64,000 nucleotides of DNA from Eledone cirrhosa. Its lineage: Eukaryota. Shown here piece by piece: positions 1 through 11,662 of this stretch. Each line of letters opens with the position of its first letter. Position 1 is the stretch's first letter. Below the pieces are notes generated by a model. It did not search any database. It was not told the origin of the DNA and saw only the letters and a list, made by a program, of their open reading frames with translations. A program made the translations under genes and the position numbers. Where the stretch lies: positions 282,720,001 through 282,784,000 of the forward strand of contig OZ024740.1 of assembly GCA_964016885.1 (NCBI GenBank). The letters are read 5' to 3'.

Positions 1-59
1 GGATGGACGTGGAGAAAAAGATGATGAGGGAAATGGAAGAGTGATTGTTATAAGCGCGA

Positions 60-270
60 AAATGACGAATGAATTGGTAGCTTAGATGAAATTATGACAT
101 AGAAAGTTATTTATTGAATCTTTTCTTAAAAGATTTAATGTTGTAGGAAAGAAAACAATCCCTAAGCAGTTTGTTCCATGGCGATGTGCATGGCGATATG
201 CTTTTAGGAATGAAACTGTTTCCATGAAGCATAACTCTGATGTTAGAAATGGTGGCTGTAAACTCTTCCC
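60..270 (-). mobile_element. degenerate CR1/L2-type LINE 3' fragment
   Basis: Minus strand reads roughly NSFIPK..SPWNKLLRDCFLSYNIKSFKKRFN, resembling the 'SF.P....WN.LP...F....SFK..' C-terminus of CR1/L2 ORF2; heavily decayed. Confidence 0.35.
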
Positions 271-717
271 ACACCACGTTATAAAAAAATTTGTTTGTTA
301 CACTTTATTTACAAATAGCTCTAGTCTCATCGGAAGTCTGTAATTAGATGGTAGAGGAGTGTTTCTATCCTATCCACTTCCACCAGTTTTTTTGTTGTTG
401 TTTTTGTTTTCGTTTAACAGTTTTTGATAAATTCTTGTTCTTCAAACAAGGACATTTTGGAATATTTCTGTTGATGTCGCTGTTGTTGTTTGCTTATGCT
501 ACTGTAATTAATATCAAATAGTGTCAGCAATGGCCGGAAAGACATATCATCAATGGTGTTCCAACATTGTATATCAAACAACGTTATTCAACATATGCTA
601 CCTTTTCAAAAGAAAGTAGGGTGTAGTTTAAGAGAGATTTGGATGGTGTTCCTAGTCGGTTGAAGTTCTTATTATCCCATCTTGGTATTATTATTCTTTC
701 ATTGGATTTCATTTTCA

Positions 718-930
718 TTGGCAGTGGATTGGCAGAATCTGTAGAGCGTCGTACATCCTACTTCGTGACATACAGTTATGGCTCTTTATGTTCTGAGTTC
801 AAATCCAGTCAAGGTTAGCTTTGCCTTTCATACTTACGGGGTCGATAAAATAAAGCACCAGTAATGTACTGGAGTCGATTTAATTGACTTTCCAGTTTCT
901 GGCCTTGTGCCTATAGTAGAAATCATTATT
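718..930 (+). mobile_element. tRNA-derived SINE (Nin/Deu-like core)
   Basis: A-box-like TTGGCAGAATC.GTAG, B-box GAGTTCAAATCC, core TTGCCTTTCATACTTACGGGGTCGATAAAATAAA, tail GGCCTTGTGCCTATAGTAGAAA; about 20 homologues in the window. Confidence 0.85.
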
Positions 931-999
931 TTCCCGATGGAACATGGAAATAATTGGGCTGGATACTCGATCGCGCGGTTAAACCACTGGGAGTGAAGG

Positions 1000-1051
<52 letters not shown>

Positions 1052-1249
1052 ACGTACATACATATATGTATACAGACGTACAGTAGTATGTATATATATA
1101 CATACATGCACACATATATATATATATGTACGTATGGGTTTACCGAACATTTATTATAATGCTCGGTTTGTTTGTAAACAAACACCCCGAATTAAGCCGT
1201 ACAGTGTTTAGCAACCATCGTTGCCCTTTTGTTCAACACTGACAAAGGA

Positions 1250-1292
1250 ACGATGTACTAGTTTCAAGCTTATTAGCTATCGTCAGCATCGT
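1250..1292 (-). ncRNA. type I minimal hammerhead ribozyme
   Basis: ACGATG-CTGACGA-tAGCTaataAGCTt-GAAA-CTAG-TA-CATCGT: 6-bp stem I, conserved core, palindromic stem III, GUA cleavage triplet. Confidence 0.85.
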
Positions 1293-1385
1293 ATACCTTT
1301 GATATGCAAATTAGGCTGCTCAGCCGTTAATATGCATAAGGAAAGTATATACTTTCAGACGTTCAATCATCTGGCAGGAAGGTAT

Positions 1386-1428
1386 ACGATGCTGACGATA
1401 GCTAATAAGTTTGAAACAAGTACATCGT
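1386..1428 (+). ncRNA. type I minimal hammerhead ribozyme (slightly mutated)
   Basis: ACGATG-CTGACGA-tagctaataagttt-GAAA-CAAG-TA-CATCGT; inverted partner of 1250-1292. Confidence 0.75.
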
Positions 1429-1694
1429 TCCTTTGTCAGTGTTGAACAAAAGGGCAACGATGGTTGCTAAACACTGTACGGCTTAATTCTGGCTGTTTGT
1501 TTACAAACAAAACGAGCATTATAATAAATGTTCGGTAAACCCATACGTACATGTATATATGTGTGCATGTATGTATATATATATATATACTACTGTACGT
1601 CTGCATACATATATGTATGTACGTATACATACTTATATTTAAGTAACAGCCGTACTAAGTGTGAGAAATGAAATTTCGTTTCATTTTTTCCATT

Positions 1695-1790
<96 letters not shown>

Positions 1791-2329
1791 TCTAGGAGTA
1801 TAGCGCTGTAAGAGTGTTATCACAAATGAAGAGGTATAAATCAAAATAGGGCACATGTTTTTTTATGATATGGAAGTGAAAACGGTGATGAAGAGAGAAT
1901 GACATTGGAGACTTTATTGTGATGGTCAGATAGGGTTGACCGAGATGGCATTGGTGAAGAAACGAAATAAGATTAAATGATAATTTTCCAAAAGTAATAA
2001 AATGTTCGATATTTTACAAAATGAGAAAGTATTTTATGATAGGAGTGGGTAAATAAATGACCAAAATTTAGTTAATGAGATAATTGTATACATATATTAT
2101 ATTATTATTGAAAAAGCAGTAAAAAAAAACTGGGTGGTGGAGAGAATGAGGCGTATAATTACAAACTGGAAGTGAGTGTCATGAAAAGTCTTTCATACTT
2201 GATGCCAGTTCAAAGTTTTTATGCGACCGGATTAACGCTAAACTCATCGAGGTTGGTGTCTTTGTTATCGTCACATTAGTCGCCTCTGATGACACTGTCC
2301 TCTAAACATACTGGGAAGTTCTTGGCTGC

Positions 2330-2920
2330 TTTCCTGTTCAAACATCCCGAAACACATACATCCACCTGACCCTCAACCGCTATACATCGCCTCCGAGGAG
2401 CACATCATCTCTGTTCTGAGGTCTTTCCCTGCCAGCTGCTGCGGAGGACGCGATGGTCTCCGATCCGGCCACCCCAAAGACTTGTGCCCCCACCTCACCG
2501 CTGAAGCCGGACACCACATGCTGAGCACTATTGTGGGCCTCACTAATAGGTTCATTCACTGTACCCTGGACTCTCATTCCAGAAGCCTCCTCTTTTCGGC
2601 CCGCCTCATTGTTCTCAAGAAGAAAGACAGGGAATACACCCTATCGCGGTAGGTAATATCTTCCAGGTGCTCACAGTTAAGATTATCTGCAAGTCCGTCG
2701 CACCTGAACTAAGCGAGGAATTCGGCCCGCTGAAAATAGCGGTCCAATACACTTTCTGCAGTGCCCCCTGCTGCAGCCAAGCATCTTTTCTCACAGAACT
2801 CGACGTCTACATCTGACGAGCTGCTGAGGAGATAAACAACGTTCGGTTTAATGACACCGGATGGCAACAGTCCATCTTACTCATCTTACCCATGGCTGCC
2901 TTCATCTCTGGTCTCCTGTC
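2330..2920 (+). mobile_element. CRE-clade non-LTR retrotransposon RT fragment
   Basis: Reads EEHIISVLRSFPASCCGGRDGLRSGHPKDL and, across frameshifts, KKD..PIAVGNIF; matches the CRE-type SFP.GS.GG.DGLRP.HLKD and IRPIAVG motifs. Confidence 0.65.
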
Positions 2921-3301
2921 ACACTGGCCCTGTTAAATATGTTGCGCTTTTTACCTTTTAAAGAATAGATCCTTTTATACCACGCCTCTAGGTTAAACTA
3001 TGTAATAAAATTTATGTTACCCATCTTAAAGCTATGTATTAGGAGTGAAGTTTGTATTCCATAATTTGACATGTATATGTGAGTGTGAAGTCTATATATA
3101 TGTATATGAGTATCAGCGAATGTGTGTATCCTCTAATAAATAGGTTTGTATGCGTGTGGTATATATATATATATGATGTAGGAGGTTAGCTTTATTGTAG
3201 CACAATAAAGCAATGCAAATATCGGATAAGTAGCACGCAACAGTTTATAGGACTGGAGTATAAATAATATAAAATCAAAAGATGGTTAAAAGAGTTCCAT
3301 G

Positions 3302-3372
3302 TATTTTATTATGCGCATTTCAAAAACAAATATCATCATGGGATGATATTTGCGTTCTCATCAGATAAAATA
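3302..3372 (-). ncRNA. type I hammerhead ribozyme
   Basis: TATTTTAT-CTGATGA-stem II-GAAA-TGCGCA-TA-ATAAAATA; 8-bp stem I. Confidence 0.85.
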
Positions 3373-3501
3373 GGGAGACATGATATGAAGCTCAAAAAAC
3401 ACTTGCGAGCATGTTGATTTGCGAGTATGTTGATTTGCGAGTATGTTGATTTAACACTTCACTGCTCGCAAGTGTTTTTTAAGCTTCATATCATGTCTCC
3501 C

Positions 3502-3572
3502 TATTTTATCTGATGACAACGCAAATATCATCCCATGATGATCTTTGTTTTTGAAATGCGCATAATAAAATA
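3502..3572 (+). ncRNA. type I hammerhead ribozyme
   Basis: TATTTTAT-CTGATGA(3510-3516)-stem II-GAAA(3553-3556)-TGCGCA-TA-ATAAAATA. Confidence 0.85.
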
Positions 3573-3627
3573 CATGGAACTCTTTTAACCATCTTTTGAT
3601 TTTATATTATATATATATATATATATA

Positions 3628-4037
3628 TAACCAAAGATTAATATGGTTTGTTGATTACTCAATGAATACAATTTTACAATAGATTAAAAGCACTCAACAA
3701 GAGGTTTTCCTGGAGTTTTTAATATTATTAAAAATCTTAACAAATGAAAGATATTCACATAATCAAAATATATATATTTAAAAGGTACTTTATTATATAT
3801 ATTTAAAAGGTACTGTGTTTTTGTTTTTTTTCAGTACGTCTTCATCAGATAAAATATATGATTTGATATATGACATACCGCTACGTTCTTGATTATATAA
3901 TTCCAGTATTGGCAGTACATGCCAATACTGGAATCTGATGAAGACGTACTGAAAAAAGAACAACACAGTACCTTTTAAATTTCTATAATAAAGCATATAT
4001 TTTGATTATGTGAATATCTTTCATTTGTTAATATTTT

Positions 4038-4045
<8 letters not shown>
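3628..4045. mobile_element. foldback element with degenerate hammerheads
   Basis: Arms about 3722-3850 and 3933-4045; CTGATGA-agacGTACTG..CAGTAC-cttt-TAAA (GAAA mutated) in both arms; internal 15-bp hairpin ATTCCAGTATTGGCA/TGCCAATACTGGAAT at 3900-3934. Confidence 0.75.
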
Positions 4046-4080
<35 letters not shown>

Positions 4081-4083
<3 letters not shown>

Positions 4084-4386
4084 AAAGTTCTATTTAAAAT
4101 TGTTGGGATACAACAAGTAAATATTTTATAACTGATATAAAGCACTCGACAAGTTTTTGGAGTAGATATACGATATTAAATAAATGGAAACTATATTTAT
4201 AAAACCAAATTTATTTCATTATACATATTTCAGGGATACCAAATTAAAATATGGTATGCCTTCATCAGACAAAATACAATATATAAACAGTTTTATAAAT
4301 AATTTTAATTTTAATTTGGTATCCCTGAAATATGTATAATGAAATAAATATGGTTTTATAAATATAGTTTCCATTTATTTAATATC

Positions 4387-4392
<6 letters not shown>
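4081..4392. mobile_element. foldback element with hammerhead
   Basis: Arms about 4166-4250 and 4308-4392 between (TA)n tracts; intact minus-strand ribozyme. Confidence 0.8.
4212..4276 (-). ncRNA. type I hammerhead ribozyme
   Basis: TATTTTGT-CTGATGA-aggcATACCA..TGGTATccct-GAAA-TATGTA-TA-ATGAAATA. Confidence 0.8.
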
Positions 4393-4471
<79 letters not shown>

Positions 4472-4779
4472 AATAAGATAACAAGGACAATTGGTTACTC
4501 CTTCATTACGTTTATTGGTTGGTGACGCGCGTTTCGCCACTGATCAGCTCAAGGTTGTAGATGGAAGTCTTTTAGCAGATGTGTTAAAAACCCCTTTAAG
4601 TTTGTATCTGTTTTGTAATTTCTATAAGTTTTTTCTATTCTCAACTTATTAACCTGTAATTGTAAGATAGCATTGTGATTTCTTTATTCATTTCTCACTA
4701 TCTAATTTTATATTTTTGTATTTTTTTTTGTTTTCTATTATCTTTTACTGTCTCCTACTCTCTTTCGATTTACCTATTC

Positions 4780-5472
4780 TATAACCTCCCTCCCCCACTT
4801 CATACACTATCATTAGAATCTGCTGTATACATATCACTTTCAACGCTTGACCGCTCCACTCACTCCCCTATTGTTCTACAGGCAAGTTCAGCCACCCCTA
4901 CCTCCCACCAAATGCCATGATAGACTTATTTGTGTTTACAACAAATTTTAACCAATCCTCTTGACAACTACAATCTTCCCATATAAGGAAGTACTCCCTT
5001 GAAAAGTTCAGCTATTTATTCGTCGGGGTCATACTTTTTCCTATATATATATATATATACACACACATATATACATATATATATATAAAATAGTAATAAT
5101 AATAAATTTGAAGACTAAAATCCAAAGAGGGCTCGATAAGGATAAATATATATCAAATATATAAGAACCGTAGAGCAAATATTTATTAAAATAACAGATT
5201 AAAGTTTAAGCAAAGAATCGCTGCTTTCACCCTTAACGGGATCTTCTGAAACTCAGCGATTCTTTGGTTAAACTTTAATCTGTTATTTTAATAAATATAT
5301 ATATAAAATACAAAGTTTGTTCTGGATTTCAGTCCAGAAATAGCCGTCGAAACGGCTGGAACTCTGCCGTCGGGGTCTTGAACATTTTCCTATTACCCAC
5401 TCTACTACCCTAAGTATTGAGTACTCTGGTGCGTTATGGTCCACCTGGTTCCTTACCACACTTCTTTCGTTA
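4780..5472 (+). mobile_element. interrupted copy of the 58.5-59.9 kb pLTR-type element
   Basis: 4780-5040 matches 59560-59772; 5325-5472 matches 59797-59857 and the reverse complement of 58505-58650; split by (TA)n and another hairpin element (arms about 5180-5224 and 5255-5300). Confidence 0.75.
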
Positions 5473-5779
5473 TATATATATATATACATGTGTGTGTGTG
5501 CGCGCGCGCGCGTGTGTGTCGGGGGGGGGGGTAAATAGGTAGACACAAAGCAGGCTTTGTTTACAAACGGCTGGCGTATTTGAAAATTAGGTAGTAACAT
5601 GCGCTTACGCCGTATTTGACTAAACAGAATTAGTCTGTTAGTTGGGATTTTGAAAAACCCTCTGAATGGATGAAAGGATGCGTATTGACATACATGTCAC
5701 ACGAACCAGCATTTTTGGTTTGCCGCACCAATGTGTTGCCATGGGTGTGTAGTTTTATGTCAAGTACTGTGTGCTGAGT

Positions 5780-8268
5780 TCTAATCTATTATTCATTTGC
5801 GGGTCGAGTTGACGTATGTCCAAGGCTTCCTTAATTCTTAAGTTACCCACATTTCTATCACTGGCTTTATGGTAACGGTAATATGTTGGTTGATGTTTCT
5901 ACATTTGTCGATGCGTTTTTTGAATGAGGATGCGTGGGTCTGTAGATGTTCTTTAATGCGGATGTGGAGTGCTCGAGACGTGCTACCAATGTAGAACTCC
6001 TTACATTCAATCCGGTATACCACATGTGTCCGCTAGCACATACCTGTATCGCGGATAGGGCAGTTAGTCAGCGAGTATTGATTGTTGTTGTCTCTGGATT
6101 GATTTTGAGACAGGTAGCCACGCAGTGAAGGGCTGGAGTGTGCTACTGTATGTCCAGTCCTTCTTTGTGGATAGCTGTGGTTATGCTTTCACTGAAACGT
6201 GGTAATTTCCTGAAGCGGGTGTTAGAGGACGTCTTATATCCGGGGTGCCTTCGATTCTTAAGTCGATTCATTGTGGATGTTGGGTATCCGTTCGTCTTCA
6301 GTACACCTGTGAAGTGTGCACTGTGGGTGATCTGGTCCTCTGTCTTGCTACATTTATTCCGGATACGCGTAAGTTCGATTTCTTATGTATCCGGTTTTTT
6401 GCACCAAGAGGAAAGGCTGATCTATAATACACAAACAGGTCTCTGCTGGCAGTTTTCTTTAAGAAGTTGGTGTATATAGTACCTTCATCTGTTACTCTAA
6501 GTTTGAACTCCAGCAGAGACAAGGAACCATTTTTATCGGGGTGTTCTGTGGTAAATCGTATGTTGTTATCTGTGTTTGAAAATGCCGTAGATATTATGTC
6601 AGCCTCTTTAGGGGATGATGTGAGTATATCATCTATGTATCAGATGAAGAAGCGGAAGGTGCTCGATGTTCCAGTTGGTTTATATAGATGATGACCAGAA
6701 GGCCTGAAAGACTGGATCCCTAGGGTAGGCTTGTTGTTTGTTTGTATGTGTGGTGGTATAAAGTGAAATATGTATTTTCTATGATGAAGGATAGAAGCTG
6801 ATGTATGTCTTGTGGAGTGAGGTCAAAGCAGTATATGCTGTGTGAAATGATGTAGTCAGTCACTAGGTTGACCGCTGGACGAGCGGGTACTGTCGTGTAG
6901 AGGGAGACAACGTCGAGGCTAAAGGCATATATGTTGAGTTTAAGTTGGTTAGGTTGTAGTTGATGTAGTCTTTGTATGACTTTGTCGGAGCTGCTGACAT
7001 GTCCAGGAAAAGTAGCAAGCATAGGATTGAGGATCTAGGAGAGGAACCAGGAGATTGTATAGGGGTGTCCTTCTATACTCGAGACAATTGGTCTAATCTG
7101 TAGATTAACACTGGTTTTGTGTGCTTTAATGAGGTGGTAGAATGTTGGTAGTCTGCTGTTTCTGGTGATGAGGCTATTTTTATATTTGTTTGTGTGTTGA
7201 CTATGTCTGCCGATATCCGTCTAGGCGGTGTTGAGTGATCTTCAATCTGGGATGCAGCTGTCTGTCACCTCTGTATATAGTTCACCGTTGTTAAGGTGCT
7301 TATATGCCAAGCTATTATATGTGTCTCTCGAGATGACGCAGAATTATTTCCCTTTGTCAGAGGGGAGGTATACGAGGTCCTTTTCTCGCGTGTTGTTTAG
7401 AATGAGGTGTTCTTTCCTGGACAGGTTAGGGAGTACCTTCTTATGTTTCAGTAATATACTAAAAATAGGGCGGTGGATTGGCAGTATCGGTAGAGGGTCG
7501 GACGCCATGCTTTCAAGCATAGTTACGTCCCTTTACGATCTGAGTTCAAATCCCGCCGAGGTTGACTTTGCCTTTCATCCTTACGATAAAATAAAGTACC
7601 AGTAATGCACTGGGTAATTGCTGGCCTTGTGCCTAAAGTAGAAACAAGTAATATACTAAAAATAGACTCCTTAACTCTGGAGAGTTTGAGGTCAAGCTCT
7701 CGATTGATAGGCGGTGGAGAGAGTGGTTGGTCTAAGTGGTATATAAGAAATTTAGTGTTGTTCATCGCTGTAGCCATTTGAGTTGATAGGAAGCTCAGCA
7801 AAAGCTGGCTTCAAGATTTAGTTTCATCCTGTCGTCTAGTCGTTGAGTTAATATAAATTTAAGGCCAAGGCCAAGGAGATTAAGTTCTTTGTCTGATAGC
7901 GATCCTGTCAAGTTTGTGACAAGAGTTGTGGTATTCTTTGAAGTGTCGGTCTCCTCAGTGGTGATAGCTCCTTGACTGTCTCTGTTGTTGTAGTGTGAAG
8001 AATTGTTGTTCCGGTGATGTTTCTTGTAAAGCCATAGGAATTTTCGTTTCAGGCGTTTCTTCTCAAGATTGAGGCGGTTGTGATAACATCGATTTATAGC
8101 AACGGTTGTTTTCTGGAGCAGTGACTCTGGCGTTATAATTAGTTTTGGAAGTGTGTCAGGGATATTTTGTATATGTAGGTGGAGTTGGTAGTGTAAGTGT
8201 TGTATGATTTTCTTGATGCAGAATTTGCGTAAGTAGTTTAGCGGCTGTCCAAGGTTTGGTAAGTAGAA

Positions 8269-8270
<2 letters not shown>
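5780..8270 (-). mobile_element. Penelope-like retroelement (RT + GIY-YIG), decayed
   Basis: LTGSLSDKELNLLGLGLKF N-terminus; FSLDVVSLYTTVP RT motif; VYRIECKEFYIGSTSRALHIRIKEH GIY-YIG endonuclease; many stops and frameshifts. Confidence 0.92.
7469..7646 (+). mobile_element. SINE inserted in the Penelope element with a 19-bp target site duplication
   Basis: AGTAATATACTAAAAATAG at 7450-7468 and 7647-7665 flanks a full SINE. Confidence 0.95.
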
Positions 8271-8341
<71 letters not shown>

Positions 8342-8345
<4 letters not shown>

Positions 8346-8775
8346 GTAGGAGGTGAGTTTTATTGTAGTACAATAAAGCAATGCAGATATCGGATAAGAA
8401 GCACTCTACAGTATGTAGGACTGGAGTATACATAATATAAGATCAAAATATGGTTAAAGGAGTTCCATGTATTTTATTATGCGCATTTCAAAAACAAACA
8501 TCATCATGCAATAATATTTGTGTTTTCATCAAATAAAACAGGAGAACATGATATGAAGGCTAAAAAAAACTTGTGGATAGTGCAGTTTTAAATCAACATA
8601 TCTGATATGTTGATTTAAAACTGCACTATCCACAAGTGTTTTTTAGCCTTCATATCATGTTCTCCTGTTTTATCTGATGAAAACACAAATATTATTGCAT
8701 GATGATGTTTGTTTTTGAAATGCGCATAATAAAATACATGGAACTCCTTTAACCATCTTTTGATCTTATATTATA
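8342..8775. mobile_element. foldback hammerhead element, family B copy 2
   Basis: Near-perfect hairpin of about 170 bp (8432-8602 / 8604-8775, 1-nt centre) plus tail 8342-8431. Confidence 0.85.
8666..8736 (+). ncRNA. type I hammerhead ribozyme
   Basis: TGTTTTAT-CTGATGA-stem II-GAAA-TGCGCA-TA-ATAAAATA; the opposite arm reads TTGATGA. Confidence 0.8.
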
Positions 8776-8842
8776 TATATATATATATATAAATATATAT
8801 ATAAATATATATATATATGTGTATGTATATATATATATATGA

Positions 8843-8893
<51 letters not shown>

Positions 8894-9635
8894 CATTCAT
8901 ATATATATATATACATACACATATATATATTTATCTATATATTTATATATATATTTATATATATATATTTATATATATATATATATGTGTGTGTGCGTGT
9001 GTGTGTGTGTGCGTGAGTATATATATGCCAATGGAGTAGAATAAACATATACCAAAATCAATAAAAATAAATGTTATCGAATCATTAACATAATTTTTTT
9101 TTTGGTTTTTCTGAATCTGTAGTTTGTAAAGCTGTCTAACAATTTCTTAAGAATTCGTTGAAAATTCAAAGATGCGCATCAAAATATTTCTGTTTCTCGG
9201 CATTGCTTAATGAAAGAAAGCTTACTCGTAATTCAGATTACAGAGTTACGTACCTTGGACACGATGTCGAAACCAACTGAATTTTCTTCAACGTATTGGG
9301 TTGTCAAGTATGAAATTTGTAGAAATGTCTAGAAAAATAACAAATTTCTACAAACTACATACTTGATGACGACAATACTTGTATACCTTTTCTTAGCTTC
9401 AGTTTCACGTAATCAAAATTAAAAGCAATACAATTATTAATTTTCGCTATATTTTCTCTATGAACCACATCAGTACAATATGACTGTTATATTTGTATGT
9501 ATAAACTGTAATGTTTATATGTTAGATATTGAGTAAGTGTAGTTCCATATGGGTTACAGTAATGTTACAAAATGACAGGATATCAGAAAAATAAATATAG
9601 AATGCTTATAAGTTTTTGTGAATAACCGTATAGAC

Positions 9636-10193
<558 letters not shown>

Positions 10194-10708
10194 GTATAGA
10201 CAGGTAAAGTAACATTATTTCACTTATCAATCCATCAATACATCCACTTATTGTATTTCACGGCGTCTCTTTTCCTAAAATAACTCCCAAATATCTACCA
10301 TGCGTCCTAGAGGCCGAAGATTGTTTATTATTTTTTTTTTTTTAAATTTATGGTTGTAAGAATTAGGGTACGTCCTCGAGGACGAAGCGTCTTCGGCAGC
10401 GGGGAAATACGGTATCTCCACTTCACTCCATCCATACTTTCACCCATCCATCCATTCATCCACCCACTCATTGACCCGTCAATCTAATCTATTCACGTAT
10501 CCACCCACCAAGCTATTCACCCACACAACCATACAAAATAATCATCCATCCATCTAGTTATACATCAATCCATAAATCTATCGATTTATCAGCCATTCCT
10601 CGGCAGATTGATAAAAGCCTGTCAGTGCTGGAAAAAAAGCCCTGGGGTGTATATTCTGGTACCTTGCCTTCTGAGTTCAAATCCCACGCTTATCAACATT
10701 ACATTACT

Positions 10709-10765
<57 letters not shown>

Positions 10766-10809
10766 ACGTATATATACATACATACATACATATATATATA
10801 TATATGTAT

Positions 10810-11003
10810 AATAATAATTGTTTCTACTTTTGGCACAAGGCCAGCAATTACCCAGTGCATTACTGGTACTTTATTTTATCGACCCCGTAAGGATGAAAGG
10901 CAAAGTTAACCTCGGCGGGATTTGAACTCAGAATGGCAAGGACCGTAACTCTATGCGTCAAAGCATGGCGTCCGACCCTCTACCGATACTGCCAATCCAC
11001 CGC
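10810..11003 (-). mobile_element. tRNA-derived SINE
   Basis: Full-length reverse-complement copy of the main SINE family with (TTA)n tail. Confidence 0.9.
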
Positions 11004-11029
11004 ACTATTTATAGTTATGTATATATTAT

Positions 11030-11350
11030 AAACAGGAAAGGTCAGTAATTTATTACTAGCTTATTACCAGTATGAGAAGTAGCACAATGTAAGAACATCA
11101 GGTGTTTTACAGAGCAGGAATATAAATTACACAATTAACAAAGTTATGTTCAAATCATTTAATTGCTGACAATCGTTTCTTCCAAACTTTCATTTGGAAT
11201 CATCGGAGCAATTACCAGTATGAGAAATAGCTCAATGTAAGAACATCAGGTGTTTTACAGAGCAGGAATAATTGATATTGCTCCGATGACTCCAAATGAA
11301 AGTTTGGAATAAACGATTGTCACCAATTAAATGATTTGAATATTCCAATA
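11030..11350. mobile_element. foldback element with hammerhead variant and internal direct duplication
   Basis: Arms about 11147-11212 and 11277-11342; direct repeat of about 59 bp at 11063-11121 and 11211-11270. Confidence 0.8.
11162..11212 (-). ncRNA. hammerhead ribozyme variant (CCGAUGA core)
   Basis: ATTGCT-CCGATGA-TTCCAAATgaaaGTTTGGAA-GAAA-CGATTG-TC-AGCAAT; perfect 6-bp stem I and GUC site, U4 replaced by C in both arms. Confidence 0.7.
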
Positions 11351-11494
11351 TATAATTATTAAATAAAAATAATGGAGAGGTTCCATATAGCATGGCCACC
11401 CTTATATGAAAGGAAGAAGAGGATTAAAGAGAGAGAGAGAGTTGATTTTTTTTTCTATAGCTATAATTCTATAATAATATATTATATACTGCTG

Positions 11495-11662
11495 ATTGGA
11501 CTTGTTACTACTTTAGTTACAAGGGCAGCAATTTTGAGAGAAGGGAAAATTGATTAAATCAACCCAAGTTCATTACTGGTACTTTATTTCATCGACCCCG
11601 TAAGGATAAAAGGCAAAGCTAACTTTGACATGATTTGAACTCAGAACGTAAAGGGCCAATAA
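11495..11662 (-). mobile_element. SINE (diverged)
   Basis: ACTGGTACTTTATTTCATCGACCCCGTAAGGATAAAAGGCAAAG..GATTTGAACTCAGAAC. Confidence 0.8.

Larger units (their letters stand above)
1045..1700. mobile_element. ORF-less foldback element with a hammerhead in each arm (Penelope pLTR-derived)
   Basis: Inverted arms about 1048-1298 and 1380-1628 between (TA)n tracts; homologous copies at 24090-24640 and a remnant at 54060-54280. Confidence 0.8.
3174..3610. mobile_element. foldback hammerhead element, family B copy 1
   Basis: Arms 3264-3411 and 3463-3610, spacer with three ATGTTGATTT(GCGAGT) units, one-sided tail 3174-3263, (TA)n flanks; homologous to 8342-8775. Confidence 0.85.

Noticed and set aside
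7795-8433. 212-aa ORF as an intact Penelope N-terminus
   Set aside because: Its start lies in a neighbouring foldback element and reads through (TA)n; only the part below 8270 belongs to the Penelope element.
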